A stretch of 45,806 nt of DNA from the NCBI GenBank assembly GCA_947627315.1, contig CANQVN010000002.1, forward strand, positions 1 to 45,806, given 5' to 3'. The stretch comes from an uncultured Clostridia bacterium (GTDB lineage Bacteria; Bacillota; Clostridia; Oscillospirales; QAKW01). How positions within the stretch are numbered: the stretch's first letter is position 1; each line of letters begins with the position of its first letter. A program made the position numbers and the translations under genes. Below the pieces are notes generated by a model that worked only from the letters and a program-made list of their open reading frames with translations, had not been told where the DNA came from and made no database searches. Shown piece after piece: positions 9,625-17,670 of the stretch.

Positions 9625-10188
9625 TTATTTAAGCTTCAGACCGTCCTTAAAAGCTTCCGCTACACGCTCGCTTACCCTGTAATAGCCGTGGGTGTAGGGG
9701 TCAAAGGCAATGGCGTTTACCAAAGACATATCAATTTTATCCCCGACCATAACCCTTTCGTCCGCCGTGACGCGAACAACCTTTCCGATAACGCCGCATC
9801 CGTAAGCGTTATCCTGATATTCAATAAACTCACATTCCATACATATCGGAAATTCATTGACTATCGGGGCGTTCACGACATCGGATTTTGTTGCCGTAAG
9901 CCCGCTTTTTTCAAACTTACGGCTTTCTTTATTGCCGGACACAACGCCGAAATAATCCGCCTCGACCGCGTGCGACGCATCGGCTATACTCACGGTAAAC
10001 GCCTTGGTTCTTTTAATATTCTGAACCGTTCTGTGAGTCTCGGTCAGGTTGAGCGCAACGTTCCCGCGCTCCTGCATTGTCCCCCATGCGGCGTTCATCA
10101 CGTCAACGCTTCCATCCTCGTTGTAGGTCGCTATCATTAAAACAGGCATCGGGAATATACCCTCTGTTAAATCAAGCGCTTTTCTCAT
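9625..10188 (-). CDS. Flavin reductase-like (flavoredoxin family) protein
   Basis: 187 aa. The PMPVLMIATYNEDGSVDVMNAAW pattern is typical of the FMN-binding split-barrel flavin reductase domain. GGGAGG RBS. Confidence 0.75.
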   Translation of the reverse strand: MRKALDLTEGIFPMPVLMIATYNEDGSVDVMNAAWGTMQERGNVALNLTETHRTVQNIKRTKAFTVSIADASHAVEADYFGVVSGNKESRKFEKSGLTATKSDVVNAPIVNEFPICMECEFIEYQDNAYGCGVIGKVVRVTADERVMVGDKIDMSLVNAIAFDPYTHGYYRVSERVAEAFKDGLKLK

Positions 10189-10221
10189 AGTCGTTACCTC
10201 CCGTATTTATTCTTTATATAT

Positions 10222-10249
10222 ATTATATCCCATAAAAGGAAAAATTCAA
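10222..10249 (-). promoter_or_regulatory. Predicted sigma-A promoter of the flavin reductase gene
   Basis: On the minus strand: TTGAAT (10249-10244), 16 nt, TATAAT (10227-10222). Confidence 0.4.
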
Positions 10250-10284
10250 GAGGCATCTATACTATCGAGTCTAAGAAAAGCTGT

Positions 10285-11343
10285 TTAATCGGCAAGCTCC
10301 GAGGGGATGTTCTTATGAATATGCAGCGTACTTCCATCCATTTCGTACACAAACTCCGTGTCCGTTTCCGCCTTTTGACAGGACGGATCTTCGGTGTCAA
10401 TAATAACCTGACCGTTTTTATCATCAAATCTCACTTTGACAAATCCGGATTTGATTTTTCCCTGCGTTGCGCCCGACGCAAAAGCAAACCCCGTCACCAT
10501 CGTTACAAGCAAAAGTACAAGAACAAGCACACTTATTGATTTTTTTCTGAACTTCATAATAGATTTAATCCTTTCTTCAATTATATTTTTTGAAAAACAG
10601 TTGTAAAACGGTGCAATATGCCGTCGCTTTTCCTCCATGCAAATCAGCGTATGCGCGTATGAGGCTCGGTCATTTTCCCCAAAGCAGCGAATAACACGCT
10701 CATCACAGGCAAGCTCAACGTCACGATTAAAGAGAATGTAAAGCAGCCACACCAGCGGGTTAAACCAATGGACGCATACTGCGACAGTCACGATAAATTT
10801 ATTCACCGTATCAAACCGGCAAATATGCACATATTCATGGAACAGAACATACCGTAGCTGACGCTCATTTTTCCAATTTGTGTTTTTTGGCATCAGAATG
10901 ACCGGATGAAACAGCCCATAAGTCAAAGGAGTTGAAATGCCGGTAAAGCTTCGCACGTCAATTTTCCGTCGGAGCTGATGCTCCGAAAGCCATTTCCCCA
11001 CAAAATCATTTTGCACGGGCAAAGAGGTCTTAAATTCGCGGCGGCAGCGCAGATAACACAGTGCAAAGCGAGCAAAGAAAAGTATCACTCCCACAAGCCA
11101 GATAAGCCGCAAGGCAGATATAATCGGCGTGTTGATGCGTAAGACTTGCGCCGCTCCTTTTTCAAGTCCCGACAAGCGACTGAACGGCGTCGGAAATGAT
11201 ATGGGCAGGAGCAAACGGGCAGCGGCAATATCCCAAAAGACCAAAAAAGCTTTCTTAGGCAGCTTATGTATTGTAGCCGCTCGAATGACAGCTATCGCAA
11301 GAATTATGACCGCGCCGGACAGGCTCATTTGCAATATGCTCAT
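10285..11343 (-). CDS. BlaR1/MecR1-family M56 peptidase signal transducer with a short C-terminal ectodomain and no penicillin-binding domain
   Basis: N-terminal TM segments. Zinc motif HEYVH (in LFHEYVHICRFD) with a downstream ELACDE. A late TM (SISVLVLVLLLVTMVTGFAFA) is followed by only 63 aa. Lies immediately downstream of the blaI-like gene. Confidence 0.8.
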   Translation of the reverse strand: MSILQMSLSGAVIILAIAVIRAATIHKLPKKAFLVFWDIAAARLLLPISFPTPFSRLSGLEKGAAQVLRINTPIISALRLIWLVGVILFFARFALCYLRCRREFKTSLPVQNDFVGKWLSEHQLRRKIDVRSFTGISTPLTYGLFHPVILMPKNTNWKNERQLRYVLFHEYVHICRFDTVNKFIVTVAVCVHWFNPLVWLLYILFNRDVELACDERVIRCFGENDRASYAHTLICMEEKRRHIAPFYNCFSKNIIEERIKSIMKFRKKSISVLVLVLLLVTMVTGFAFASGATQGKIKSGFVKVRFDDKNGQVIIDTEDPSCQKAETDTEFVYEMDGSTLHIHKNIPSELAD

Positions 11344-11353
11344 AAATTATTGC

Positions 11354-11713
11354 TCACTCCCATTTATCGACAATCTGTTTCAGTCGCTCAATCTGTTTGG
11401 CAGAGAGTTGTTTTTTGCCAAGCAGAGCGGCAAACAGATTGCCAACGGACCCATCATAGATTTTTTGGATAAGCTCGTTTGTTTCCGCCTCCTGCACCGT
11501 CTCTTTGGAAACAATGGCGTGGCACATAAAGTTCGGTTCGGAGCGCTCGATCGCGCCCTTTTTAATACACCGTTTAATCAGTGTATAGGTCGTGTTAATG
11601 TTCCAACCCGTTTCCTCCTTCAGCACGTCGGAGATATGCTTTGCCGTGACGTCTCCTTCGCGCCAAAGCACATTCATCACCTTCAGTTCGGAATCAAAAA
11701 GTTTTATTTCCAA
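11354..11713 (-). CDS. BlaI/MecI/CopY-family winged-helix transcriptional repressor
   Basis: 119 aa. MEIKLFDSELKVMNVLW...ITAKHI...WNINTTYTLIKRCIKKG matches the Penicillinase_R pattern. TTG start at 11713 with a GGAGG RBS 8 nt upstream. Confidence 0.85.
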   Translation of the reverse strand: MEIKLFDSELKVMNVLWREGDVTAKHISDVLKEETGWNINTTYTLIKRCIKKGAIERSEPNFMCHAIVSKETVQEAETNELIQKIYDGSVGNLFAALLGKKQLSAKQIERLKQIVDKWE

Positions 11714-11730
11714 ACAATTCGCCTCCTTTC

Positions 11731-11806
11731 ATAAGACTGGAGTAGTTTGCCATGGCATTATTATAATACCACAGTAGTGTGAGGCTGTCAATACTACTGT
11801 GGTAGT
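11731..11806 (-). promoter_or_regulatory. Promoter of the blaI-blaR1-like operon with three ACTAC-N4-GT(A/C)(G/T)T operator-like dyads
   Basis: On the minus strand: TTGACA (11791-11786), 17 nt, TATTAT (11768-11763). The dyads are ACTACCACAGTAGT (11806-11793), ACTACTGTGGTAT (11778-11766) and ACTACTCCAGTC (11746-11735). Confidence 0.6.
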
Positions 11807-11878
11807 TTAATTTGTAAATTTTTTGTGTCGATTCTGTAAAGCAATGGAGCGGGCGGATAACGCTTTTCTGCCGGAGAC

Positions 11879-11914
11879 AAAAAAGTGTCGGAGCAAAGCG
11901 AGCTTTGCTCCGAC
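11879..11914 (-). terminator. Intrinsic terminator downstream of tRNA-Arg
   Basis: 13-bp inverted repeat, gtcggagcaaagc (11887-11899) and gctttgctccgac (11902-11914). It is followed on the minus strand by ACTTTTTT. Confidence 0.7.
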
Positions 11915-11915
11915 G

Positions 11916-11992
11916 TGGCGTCGATAAGAGGATTCGAACCTCCGGCCTACCGCTTAGGAGGCGGTCGCTCTATCCGGCTGAGCTATATCGAC
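11916..11992 (-). tRNA. tRNA-Arg (anticodon CCT)
   Basis: The reverse complement folds as a 77-nt cloverleaf. Acceptor GTCGATA/TATCGAC, D stem GCTC/GAGC, anticodon stem ACCGC/GCGGT with loop CTCCTAA, T arm GGAGGTTCGAATCCTCT, and an encoded CCA. Confidence 0.9.
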
Positions 11993-12009
11993 AAAGATGA
12001 TACCTAATT

Positions 12010-12038
12010 ATTTTATTCCAAGTACGGTATTTTGTCAA
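12010..12038 (-). promoter_or_regulatory. Predicted sigma-A promoter of tRNA-Arg
   Basis: On the minus strand: TTGACA (12038-12033), 17 nt, TAAAAT (12015-12010). It lies about 18 nt upstream of the tRNA 5' end. Confidence 0.5.
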
Positions 12039-12140
12039 TATTATTTGAAAATAAAACGTATTGGATTTGTTACAGCATAAAAAATGAGAAAATTTATACG
12101 TTAAACAGCAGCCAAATATCAAGTCATAAGATGATTTTTC

Positions 12141-12180
12141 AAAATAAAGTCGTCGCGGACTTTGTATCGTCCGCGACGAC
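12141..12180 (-). terminator. Intrinsic terminator directly abutting the 3' CCA of tRNA-Leu
   Basis: 12-bp stem, gtcgtcgcggac (12149-12160) and gtccgcgacgac (12169-12180), with an 8-nt loop. It is followed on the minus strand by TTTATTTT. Confidence 0.7.
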
Positions 12181-12267
12181 GTGGTGCCGGAAGCGGGGGT
12201 CGAACCCGCACGGTATCGCTACCACCGGATTTTGAGTCCGGCACGTCTGCCAATTCCATCATTCCGG
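12181..12267 (-). tRNA. tRNA-Leu (anticodon CAA), class II with a long variable arm
   Basis: The reverse complement is 87 nt. Acceptor GCCGGAA/TTCCGGC, anticodon stem CCGGA/TCCGG with loop CTCAAAA, long variable arm, T arm GCGGGTTCGACCCCCGC, and an encoded CCA. Confidence 0.9.
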
Positions 12268-12278
12268 CAAAGTATTCA

Positions 12279-12307
12279 TATTATAAATGATAAACACAAA
12301 AATATCA
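12279..12307 (-). promoter_or_regulatory. Predicted sigma-A promoter of tRNA-Leu
   Basis: On the minus strand: TTGATA (12307-12302), 17 nt, TATAAT (12284-12279). It lies 11 nt upstream of the tRNA 5' end. Confidence 0.5.
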
Positions 12308-12331
12308 ATACTTAAATAAATAATACTTTAA

Positions 12332-13309
12332 TTATATGCTCGTTTCCAAAAACGCCTTATAGAGGTCGGTATCAAACGGCTTTGTTATTTTGAGCGCCTC
12401 CTGCACGTCATAATCGACAAGCTTGTTGTTCTGTATACCGCAAACCCTGTCGTAGATACCTTTTGTAAGCAGATCGACCGCGTAATGACCGAGTCGCGTT
12501 GCGTTTACCCTGTCGTCCGCCGTCGGCATACCGCCGCGCTGAACATGTCCCAAAACGGTAAGCCTCACGTTGATTCCAAGGCTGTCGCCTATGCTCTGCA
12601 AAATCTCGCCCGCGGAGATTTTCGCGCCTTCCGCGGCAATAACGATAAAGTGAGTTTTGCCGGCGTTGATGGACTTTCTGATTTTATTCACTATGTCGTC
12701 GCAAGTGATTTCAATCTCGGGCAGAGCGACAGCGGTCGCCCCCGTTGATATCGCCGAGTGAAGCGCGATATATCCGGCGTTTCTTCCCATAACCTCAACA
12801 ATAGAGCATCTTTGATGCGACTCTGTCGTGTCACGAAGCCTGTCCACCATATCGATAACGCAGTTTACAGCGGTGTCAAAGCCTATCGTATAATCGCTCA
12901 TACCGATATCGTTGTCTATCGTGCCGGGTATGCCGATACAGGGTATGCCGCCTATTTTTGAAAGATCCGCCGCGCCGCGAAACGTCCCGTCGCCGCCGAT
13001 GGCAACAACCGCGTCAATCCCGTTTTTGCGGCAGGTCTCCGCCGCCTTTTTAACGCCGTCCGGATGCCTGAACTCATTGCTGCGAGCTGTGAAAAGAAAT
13101 GTGCCGCCCCTGTTAATAATACGGGAAACGCTCGTATAGGTAAGCTCGGTCAAATCCCCTTCAATAAGCCCCTGATAGCCGCGCTGTATTCCTATAACCT
13201 TAATTCCCCTGTACAGCGCGGTGCGGGTTATCGCCCTTATGGCAGCGTTCATACCGGGAGCATCGCCGCCGCTTGTGAGAACACCTATTTTCTTTATCTC
13301 CACACTCAT
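12332..13309 (-). CDS. pfkA: ATP-dependent 6-phosphofructokinase
   Basis: IGVLTSGGDAPGMNAAIRA, GGDGT(F)RGA, PGTIDND and MGR(N)AG motifs. I chose the ATG at 13309 (GGAGG RBS 8 nt upstream) rather than 13324. Confidence 0.93.
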   Translation of the reverse strand: MSVEIKKIGVLTSGGDAPGMNAAIRAITRTALYRGIKVIGIQRGYQGLIEGDLTELTYTSVSRIINRGGTFLFTARSNEFRHPDGVKKAAETCRKNGIDAVVAIGGDGTFRGAADLSKIGGIPCIGIPGTIDNDIGMSDYTIGFDTAVNCVIDMVDRLRDTTESHQRCSIVEVMGRNAGYIALHSAISTGATAVALPEIEITCDDIVNKIRKSINAGKTHFIVIAAEGAKISAGEILQSIGDSLGINVRLTVLGHVQRGGMPTADDRVNATRLGHYAVDLLTKGIYDRVCGIQNNKLVDYDVQEALKITKPFDTDLYKAFLETSI

Positions 13310-13370
13310 GTTAATCGCCTCCATGAATATTAACCTAAAACATTTTACAACAAATGATTTGCGAAATCAA

Positions 13371-16300
13371 CTATTTTATGACAACATTTTCATTTCCCAG
13401 CATTTTTTTAAGCTTAACTATCATCGAATATTCGAGCGAAACCGTAAGTTTGCCCGCCGTGGACAGAGTTTTACCGCTGTCCTTAAAGTGAAAAACGCAG
13501 GTGTGCGTACCCCGATTTTGCTTCAGCAGCGAAAGCACGTCGTTATATACTGCCGCGTCTTGCGTTTCAAAATTCAGGTACAGCTTTTTTATTTCCTCCA
13601 ATAAACTATCCTTGTTCAGAAATTTCAAATTATTACACCGAAGCTGTACCGTCTCGTCGTCTTTTTCGGAAAGCTCGCCTATTATTTCCACAAGCGCGCC
13701 CGTTTCTATCTGCGACTTGTAAGTCTCGTACACATTCGGGAAAACAATAACGTCTATGCTGTCGGTCAAATCCTCCACAGAAACATACGCCATGTCGCGG
13801 CGCTGCTTGGTCGTGATGACGCGCACACCGTCGACAAGCCCCATAATACGCACTCTGCCGTCTCTCTTTTCGGATTTCAAAATATCGGAAATAAAATTGT
13901 ATTTTTCCGCCCGATACACGCCTTCAAGCGGCTTTAACGGATGCTCCGACAGATAAATTCCGAGGCTTTCCTTTTCAAACATAAGCTTTTCGGAAATGTC
14001 AAATTCATGAACGGGGTTTGAAAAATAGTCGGGCATAAGCCGCTGCGAGCCGTCGTCGAAAAAGCTGAGCTGCAAATCTTCCCCGGCTTTCCTTTCAAGC
14101 GCGGCTTCGCTCAACATCCTGTCGCAAACGGACAGGATATGCCGCCTTGAAAATCCAAGGCTGTCAAACGTGCCGCATTTTGCAAGGCTTTCCACCGCCC
14201 TGCGGTTGAGCGCGTCGCCCATTCTGTATACAAAATCCCTGAAATCGGTAAAGTCGCCGTTTTGCTCCCGCTCCGCCGTTATCTGCTCGGCAAGGCTCTT
14301 ACCCACGGTTTTAACCGCCGCAAGGCTGAAATATATCCCGTCCTCACCCGCGCAGAATATGTCTCTGCTTTTGTTGATATCGGGCGGGAAAATGCGGATG
14401 CCGAGCCTGCGGCTTTCTGTGATATACTCTTTTATTTTCGATATGCTGCCGGTGACGCTGGTGAGCAGAGCCGCCATGAACATTGACGGATAGTGAGCTT
14501 TAAGATATGCCGTGCGGTACGCTATGACGGCATATCCCGCCGCGTGCGACTTGTTAAAGCCGTATCTTGCAAACTCGCTCATATCCTCAAATATCGAGCG
14601 TGCGGCATCCTCCGTCACCCCGTTTTCGACCGCGCCATTAATGAAAATCTCGCGCTCGTTTTCCATAACGTCGTACTTTTTCTTGCTCATCGCCGCACGC
14701 AAAACATCAGCGTGGGCAAGCGAATACCCGGCAATCTCCTGCGCGATTTTCATAACCTGCTCCTGATATACGATACAGCCGCAGGTGTCCGACAGGATAG
14801 GACGCAGTTTTTCAGTGACGTACTCGATTTTTTGAGGTTCTTTTCTGTTTTTCAGATACTGCGGGATAGAGTCCATCGGTCCCGGGCGATAAAGCGAGAT
14901 TGCGGCGATAATGTCCTCAAGAGCCGCGGGGCGAAGACGCTGCAAAAGCTTTCGCATACCGGGGCTTTCAAGCTGAAATACGCCGAACGTGTTGCCCTCG
15001 CTTATCATACTATATGTCTCTGCGTCGTCAAACGGCACATCGTCTATTCTGAAATCAGGGTTGTCCGCGCGTACCAGCTCCTCTGTTTTGGCAATAACCG
15101 ACATATTGCGAAGACCAAGCAGGTCGATTTTAAGCAGACCGAGCTGTTCCACCTCGGTTTTTTGGAACTGGGTTACAATAACGTCGTCGTTTCGCGCAAG
15201 CGGCAGATAGTCGCTGACAGGTCCGTCGGTTATCACAATGCCCGCCGCATGGGTCGAGCCGTGGCGCGGAAAGCCCTCTACAAGCTTCGCCGTGTCGATA
15301 AGCCGGCGGATTTCATCGTTTTCTTTATACATTTTGGAAAGCTGCGCATCCTTTTCCATAACCGAGCTTATGGTTATGCCCGTTTTCTGCGGAAAATGCT
15401 TTGACACCGTTTCGACTGTTGAATAGGAGACCTCAAGCACTCTCCCCACGTCCTTTATAGCGGCGCGAGCCGCGAGAGTTCCAAAGGTTATTATCTGCGA
15501 AACGGATTGCTCCCCGTATTTTTCAACAATGTAATTTATAACCTCCTGACGGCGTTCAACACAAAAATCAATATCAATATCCGGCATTGACGCGCGGCTC
15601 GGATTGAGAAACCGCTCAAACATAAGCTCGTAGCGAATAGGGTCGATATCGGTTATCGAGAGACAATAGGAAACAAGCGAGCCTGTCGCGCTGCCGCGCC
15701 CGGGACCTACCGCAATACCGCTTGATTTGGCAAATCCGACAAAGTCGCTCACAATAAGAAAATAGTCTGTAAAGCCCATTTCCTTTATAACGTCAAGCTC
15801 ATATTCAAGCCTGTCAAGGTGAGCGGCTTTACTGCCGTAGCGGCGCTCTAAGCCCTTTATGCAAAGCGATTTGAGATACTCAAAGCTTGAGACTCCCTCA
15901 GGCAGTGAAAATCGCGGCAGGTGCATTGTGTCAAAGTCAAGTTCGACGTTGCACATATCGGCAATTTTAACGGTGTTTTCAACAGCAAAAGTCGCCTGCG
16001 GGAAAAGCTCTGTCATTTCACGCGCCGACTTTAGGTAAAACTCGTCGTTTTGAAACGCAAGCGGGTTTTCCTCGTAGATGCTTTTGTTCATACTTATGCA
16101 CATCAGCACCCTTTGAACATACGCATCGCCCTTGTCAACATAGTGAGAGTCGTTGGTAGCGACAAGCGGTATGCCTGTCTTTTCCGCTATCTCCAAAAGC
16201 CCCGGGACTATCTTTTTATCCTCGTCAAGAAGATGATCCTGAAGCTCAAGGTAAAAATCATCGCCGAAAATATCACGATAGCGAACAGCCGCCGCCGTCG

Positions 16301-16763
16301 CACCGTCAATATCGTCGTTAAGTATAAGTCGCTGAACCTCGCCCGCAATACATCCAGAAAGAGCAATAAGTCCCTCCGATTGTCTTGAAAGCATATCCAA
16401 ATCGGTGCGCGGCTTGTAATAAAATCCGTTTATAAACGCATCGGATACAATTTTGAGCAGGTTGCGGTAGCCGATATCGTTTTTACATAGCAGGACAAGG
16501 TGGCTGTATTTAGAGTCTATCCCCTGCTCTTTCATCTGCCTGTCCCGCGGTGCGACGTACACCTCGCACCCGATTATCGGCTTTATGCCCGCTGCTTTCG
16601 CCTTTTTATAAAACTCAGCCACGCCGTACATAACGCCGTGGTCGGTTACAGCGACGGCGGACTGACCGAGGCTTTTAACGCGCTCTATAAGCGTGTCAAG
16701 CTGCGCCGCGCCGTCAAGCAGGCTGTATTCGGTATGAACATGCAGATGCACAAAGTCTTGCAT
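13371..16763 (-). CDS. dnaE: DNA polymerase III alpha subunit, DnaE type
   Basis: 1130 aa. N-terminal PHP motif FVHLHVHTEYSLLDGA, a PDIDIDF motif, an HhH region and a C-terminal OB fold. AGAGGA RBS. Confidence 0.95.
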   Translation of the reverse strand: MQDFVHLHVHTEYSLLDGAAQLDTLIERVKSLGQSAVAVTDHGVMYGVAEFYKKAKAAGIKPIIGCEVYVAPRDRQMKEQGIDSKYSHLVLLCKNDIGYRNLLKIVSDAFINGFYYKPRTDLDMLSRQSEGLIALSGCIAGEVQRLILNDDIDGATAAAVRYRDIFGDDFYLELQDHLLDEDKKIVPGLLEIAEKTGIPLVATNDSHYVDKGDAYVQRVLMCISMNKSIYEENPLAFQNDEFYLKSAREMTELFPQATFAVENTVKIADMCNVELDFDTMHLPRFSLPEGVSSFEYLKSLCIKGLERRYGSKAAHLDRLEYELDVIKEMGFTDYFLIVSDFVGFAKSSGIAVGPGRGSATGSLVSYCLSITDIDPIRYELMFERFLNPSRASMPDIDIDFCVERRQEVINYIVEKYGEQSVSQIITFGTLAARAAIKDVGRVLEVSYSTVETVSKHFPQKTGITISSVMEKDAQLSKMYKENDEIRRLIDTAKLVEGFPRHGSTHAAGIVITDGPVSDYLPLARNDDVIVTQFQKTEVEQLGLLKIDLLGLRNMSVIAKTEELVRADNPDFRIDDVPFDDAETYSMISEGNTFGVFQLESPGMRKLLQRLRPAALEDIIAAISLYRPGPMDSIPQYLKNRKEPQKIEYVTEKLRPILSDTCGCIVYQEQVMKIAQEIAGYSLAHADVLRAAMSKKKYDVMENEREIFINGAVENGVTEDAARSIFEDMSEFARYGFNKSHAAGYAVIAYRTAYLKAHYPSMFMAALLTSVTGSISKIKEYITESRRLGIRIFPPDINKSRDIFCAGEDGIYFSLAAVKTVGKSLAEQITAEREQNGDFTDFRDFVYRMGDALNRRAVESLAKCGTFDSLGFSRRHILSVCDRMLSEAALERKAGEDLQLSFFDDGSQRLMPDYFSNPVHEFDISEKLMFEKESLGIYLSEHPLKPLEGVYRAEKYNFISDILKSEKRDGRVRIMGLVDGVRVITTKQRRDMAYVSVEDLTDSIDVIVFPNVYETYKSQIETGALVEIIGELSEKDDETVQLRCNNLKFLNKDSLLEEIKKLYLNFETQDAAVYNDVLSLLKQNRGTHTCVFHFKDSGKTLSTAGKLTVSLEYSMIVKLKKMLGNENVVIK

Positions 16764-16766
16764 TTT

Positions 16767-17660
16767 TCAATCCTCTAACTTAGAAGCGATTTCAGAAAGC
16801 CTTGCAAGCTTTCTGTTAAGTCCCGAACGGCTGAATTTGCCGCCGCAAAGCTTTGCAAGCTCGTTTAACGACTTATCCGGATTTTCAAGTCTGAGCCGCG
16901 CGGCAAAAGCAAGGTCCGGTTCGAGAAAATCAAGTCCGATTTTCTCGGCTATTTTATTGATTGATTTAACCTGTTCGACAGATTTATTTATCGTCTTTTC
17001 AATATTGTGCATACGGGTGTTGTTTACCCTGTTGCTGTAGTTGTTCATCTCTTTTTGAATTTTCACGTCCATAAACGCAAAAACGGCGGTTTTGGCGCCT
17101 GTGAGATATAAAAAGCGTTCAATAGCCTCGCTCTCTTTGAAATAAACGACGTAGCTTGATTTTCTGACAACTGTCCTTGCAGGCAGGTCGTGACGGCGCA
17201 TAAAGCCGCAAAAGGATTTTGCAAGCGTGTAATAGGACGTGGATATTTCAAAATGATACCTGTTTTCGGGGTTGGAGACGTAGCCCCCCACCATAAACGC
17301 GCCGCGAAGAAATGCGTTGACGCAGCAGCTTTTCTCCGTTATGACGCTGCTGACCGCAAGCGACAGCTTGCCGTTTACGTCAATATACAGTCTGTCAAAC
17401 ACGCTGTCAAGCACGTCGCCTTTGAGCGTGAGCGTATACCCGTTTGCCGTCTCCTCCATGGCAAAATACACACCAAACACATCGTATGCGAGCGTATTCA
17501 GCGAATTTGCGACAAGGACGTTTTCCGTTACAACCCTGATTTCGTCTTTGCCTATGTGCTGGGCAAAGAGAAGCATACCGTAAAGCATTGCGACTTTACA
17601 GCAGCTGTTTTTCACCTCTACCGCGCATAATTCACATTTTACATCAAACGAAAACGACAT
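16767..17660 (-). CDS. whiA: DNA-binding protein WhiA
   Basis: MSFSFDVKCEL N-terminus, a LAGLIDADG-like middle domain and a C-terminal HTH (LNELAKL...SRSGLNRKLARL). Confidence 0.92.
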   Translation of the reverse strand: MSFSFDVKCELCAVEVKNSCCKVAMLYGMLLFAQHIGKDEIRVVTENVLVANSLNTLAYDVFGVYFAMEETANGYTLTLKGDVLDSVFDRLYIDVNGKLSLAVSSVITEKSCCVNAFLRGAFMVGGYVSNPENRYHFEISTSYYTLAKSFCGFMRRHDLPARTVVRKSSYVVYFKESEAIERFLYLTGAKTAVFAFMDVKIQKEMNNYSNRVNNTRMHNIEKTINKSVEQVKSINKIAEKIGLDFLEPDLAFAARLRLENPDKSLNELAKLCGGKFSRSGLNRKLARLSEIASKLED

Positions 17661-17670
17661 ATCCTCGTTT

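Noticed and set aside
9616-10140. 174-aa + strand ORF overlapping the flavin reductase gene.
   Set aside because: The minus-strand frame gives a coherent flavin-reductase-like protein with a GGGAGG RBS. The + strand translation has no motif, and the rarA terminator lies just upstream.
10205-10235. AT-rich TATATATATTATAT stretch resembling the central region of a Firmicutes dif site. A similar stretch lies at 28950-28975.
   Set aside because: The flanking arms do not match the XerC/XerD arms of the B. subtilis dif site (ACTTCCTAGAA / TTATGTAAACT). The stretches coincide with predicted -10 regions.
12032-12235. 67-aa ORF spanning the tRNA spacer and part of tRNA-Leu.
   Set aside because: It overlaps a tRNA gene, its terminator and the tRNA-Arg promoter. 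It has no RBS and an AT-rich, low-complexity translation.
14493-15404. Long antisense ORF (303 aa) inside dnaE. Similar antisense ORFs lie at 26926-27639 (237 aa, inside uppS), 41185-41874 (229 aa, inside miaB), 37848-38534 (228 aa, inside mutS), 21064-21702 (212 aa, inside polC), 2402-3034 and 561-1193.
   Set aside because: All lie opposite well-supported conserved genes. They have Arg/Cys/His-rich, low-complexity translations with no recognisable motifs and no RBS. Open antisense frames are expected from the codon bias of the sense genes.
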